From Chiloscyllium plagiosum (Eukaryota): a stretch of DNA of 64,000 nucleotides. Below are positions 61,853 through 64,000 of the stretch, one piece after another. The position numbers and the translations under genes are program-made. The stretch is from positions 28,868,556 to 28,932,555 of the forward strand of contig NC_057719.1 of NCBI RefSeq assembly GCF_004010195.1. Reading direction: 5' to 3'. Numbering within the stretch: position 1 is the first letter of the stretch; each line of letters begins with the position of its first letter. The notes under the pieces were generated by a model. That model saw nothing but the letters and a program-made list of their open reading frames with translations, made no database searches and was not told the DNA's origin.

Positions 61853-64000
61853 GACTTGTCCTGATTTATAACAGCTGTTTAAATGACGGAATCTAATATT
61901 CTATATATATTTCAGTAAGTTCTGGTCTACAAATAATTATTAAATAAGGCAGAAAAAAACTTGATCTATGTTACACAACCTTAAGATATTCCAAAATAAT
62001 TTATAGTCAAGTACTTTTTTAGTCACTGTTGCAATGTATAAATATAGCATACAGGCAGCAGTAAGGTAATGACCAAATAAAATGATTGAGTAATTTTGGT
62101 TGAGGAATAAATGTTGATCAGGGCACAAGGCGGAACTCTACTCTGTTGTTCAAACAGTGAGGTGGATTTTTTAAAAATATCATTCAAAAGTCATCACTGC
62201 CTCCATACCACATTATATTACAATCTCAGGTCTTTGGTGTGGGATTTGAACACAAAACTTCCTGACTCAAAAGTATGAGTGCTGGCACTGAAACAAGACT
62301 GAAAGCATTCCAAATAAGACTGACAGTCGATAGCACGGCTGACTCGTCTATGAAAATTTGTGAAATTTCTATCAACTTTATGATTAACTGTTCTGACAAT
62401 CAAATGAATACTCCTCCTGAACAATTTGTTTTCCTCATCCACATTACAATTGTGCATGTTAAATTTTGCCTGCCATTATTTCATCTACTTTTGTATGAAC
62501 TCACTCTATAGTCCCTGAACTGAATTACTCCCACCATCACATGAAGCTTAAATAATAGCCTTCTGTTCAGAATCTTGATTTTTTTTTAGTTAAATTGTAG
62601 CATGCTATACATTTTTCCACAGTTTACTTATTCACTGATTCAAAAAAATTGGAATTTCTTAGTCTGGACATCAATTCCACACCGTGTCTATGACCAAACC
62701 TTTTTTAAATCAGACCTCATTTGTAAGAGATTAAAGGAGGGGATAGTGTGGGTGTGTGTGGGAAACAAGCTGATATGTCAATAATTGCAAGGTAAGTGGA
62801 GAAGCAAACTCCTGAATACTTTATTGTTTGTTGCCCATTCTGAACTTGTAGGAAATTTGAACCAATGATTACAGTAGTTCCTGAGTGACCCACTCTGAAA
62901 AGTACCACTAGTAGCAGCCTTTGGTACATTTGAATTGTTAGGTGATAGCAAGGTGGACCATGAACAGAACCAACACAGTAGAATTTTGATGAATATACAA
63001 ATAATCAAATTACTCTTTATGATGATTGCTTTTCCTAAAAGTGGGAGTTTGTGTTGATTGTTCTTAATTCCATTTTTAAATTGATCATTAGGCTCTCAAG
63101 TACAAAAACATTTAAAGAGGTTGCTGTGATCTTGCTTAATTACCAACTTCAAATCAAAAGGAATTTAGCTCCAAGGTTTATGCCATTCTCAATAAGAACT
63201 AATTTAAACATAACCTGTTTGATTCCCAAAATCAATGAATGTTTTATTTGGAGCCAAAATTGGTTCCAAGGCTGCTGTTTGCCCACCTGTGATAACATCC
63301 TGTTCAGTGGCTGTAATGTGAATGCCAGATCTGCATGAAAAGCAACATGTTAGAAGCTGTTCAAGATCATTTAATTGCTATATTTGTTAGTAGCCTGTCA
63401 TCATTTTTTAATTATAAAAAACATTCAGCCAATAATATGTAATATTGCTAAGTTTAAAGTATAAAAATTATCTATTTAAGAAATGTATATTTTTCCTTCA
63501 GCTGGTAACTGTGAATTAAAAATAAATAAAAGCCAAATTGAACATATGAATTGAAAAACACAGAAGTGATATTAGATATCTATTGAACCTTGGTTAAATT
63601 CCATGTGCACAGATCCATGGGTGGATTTTATGGGGTTTGTCTTTTCCACATGGTAGCTAAAATGTTAGTCGGGAGCCCACTCACAATTACAATGCTTACC
63701 CAGCAAACACTTAACGCAGGGAACAATATTAATTGCTTTCAGGCAAGATTCCCACCCAGTTCTTAGAAGGAAATACCATCTTAGACTGCTGCTGGTCAAT
63801 CAGTTGGGCTAGTTAGCTCTCTCTATCACAGACTGCTTATGCTGCTTGCTATGTGCAAAGGTCCATATACTTTTCTTTTTGGATTATAAACTAAATGGTA
63901 GTTAGACTGCTATTTAGCTGAAATTACAGGAGAGTTTTGAAACTTGGAAAAGGTTTTATCTGCGTAAGACAAAGTTGTTTTTTGAAGCAATGAAAGGAAT

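Noticed and set aside
1-64000. CRISPR array, rRNA genes or prokaryotic operon
   Set aside because: No regularly spaced repeat-spacer array, rRNA-like sequence or dense ORF packing seen; the content is vertebrate transposon-rich DNA.

Overview
Repeat-dense vertebrate genomic DNA, almost certainly shark (inference: HE1-type tRNA-derived SINEs with (TAATC)n tails, CR1 LINEs with an SGNH-esterase ORF1, and shark-type Penelope-like tails point to a carpet/bamboo shark). I found no intact protein-coding gene; nearly all listed ORFs are broken transposon frames or chance ORFs. Supported content: many CR1 LINE fragments (one near full length at ~52.66-57.03 kb), a decayed Gypsy element with both LTRs, tRNA-Ser PBS, PPT and TSD (37316-42562), a second collapsed LTR element with the same PBS type (~5783-6742), an RTE LINE relic, PIF/Harbinger relics, 7 HE1 SINEs, and Penelope-like (GIY-YIG) elements. 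The most striking structure is a recurring class of fold-back Penelope-derived insertions (7528-9569, 12661-13183, ~29083-29300) carrying hammerhead-like cores, two of them bounded by 13-14 bp target-site duplications. Weaker candidates for host function are a signal-peptide-like leader exon (61783-61852, -), an 18-nt microexon (34723-34740, -) near an RFX X-box, an unexplained 103-bp inverted repeat and a ~140-bp diverged direct repeat. Three assembly gaps are present. All alignments were made by eye, and family names come from motif recognition, not database searches.
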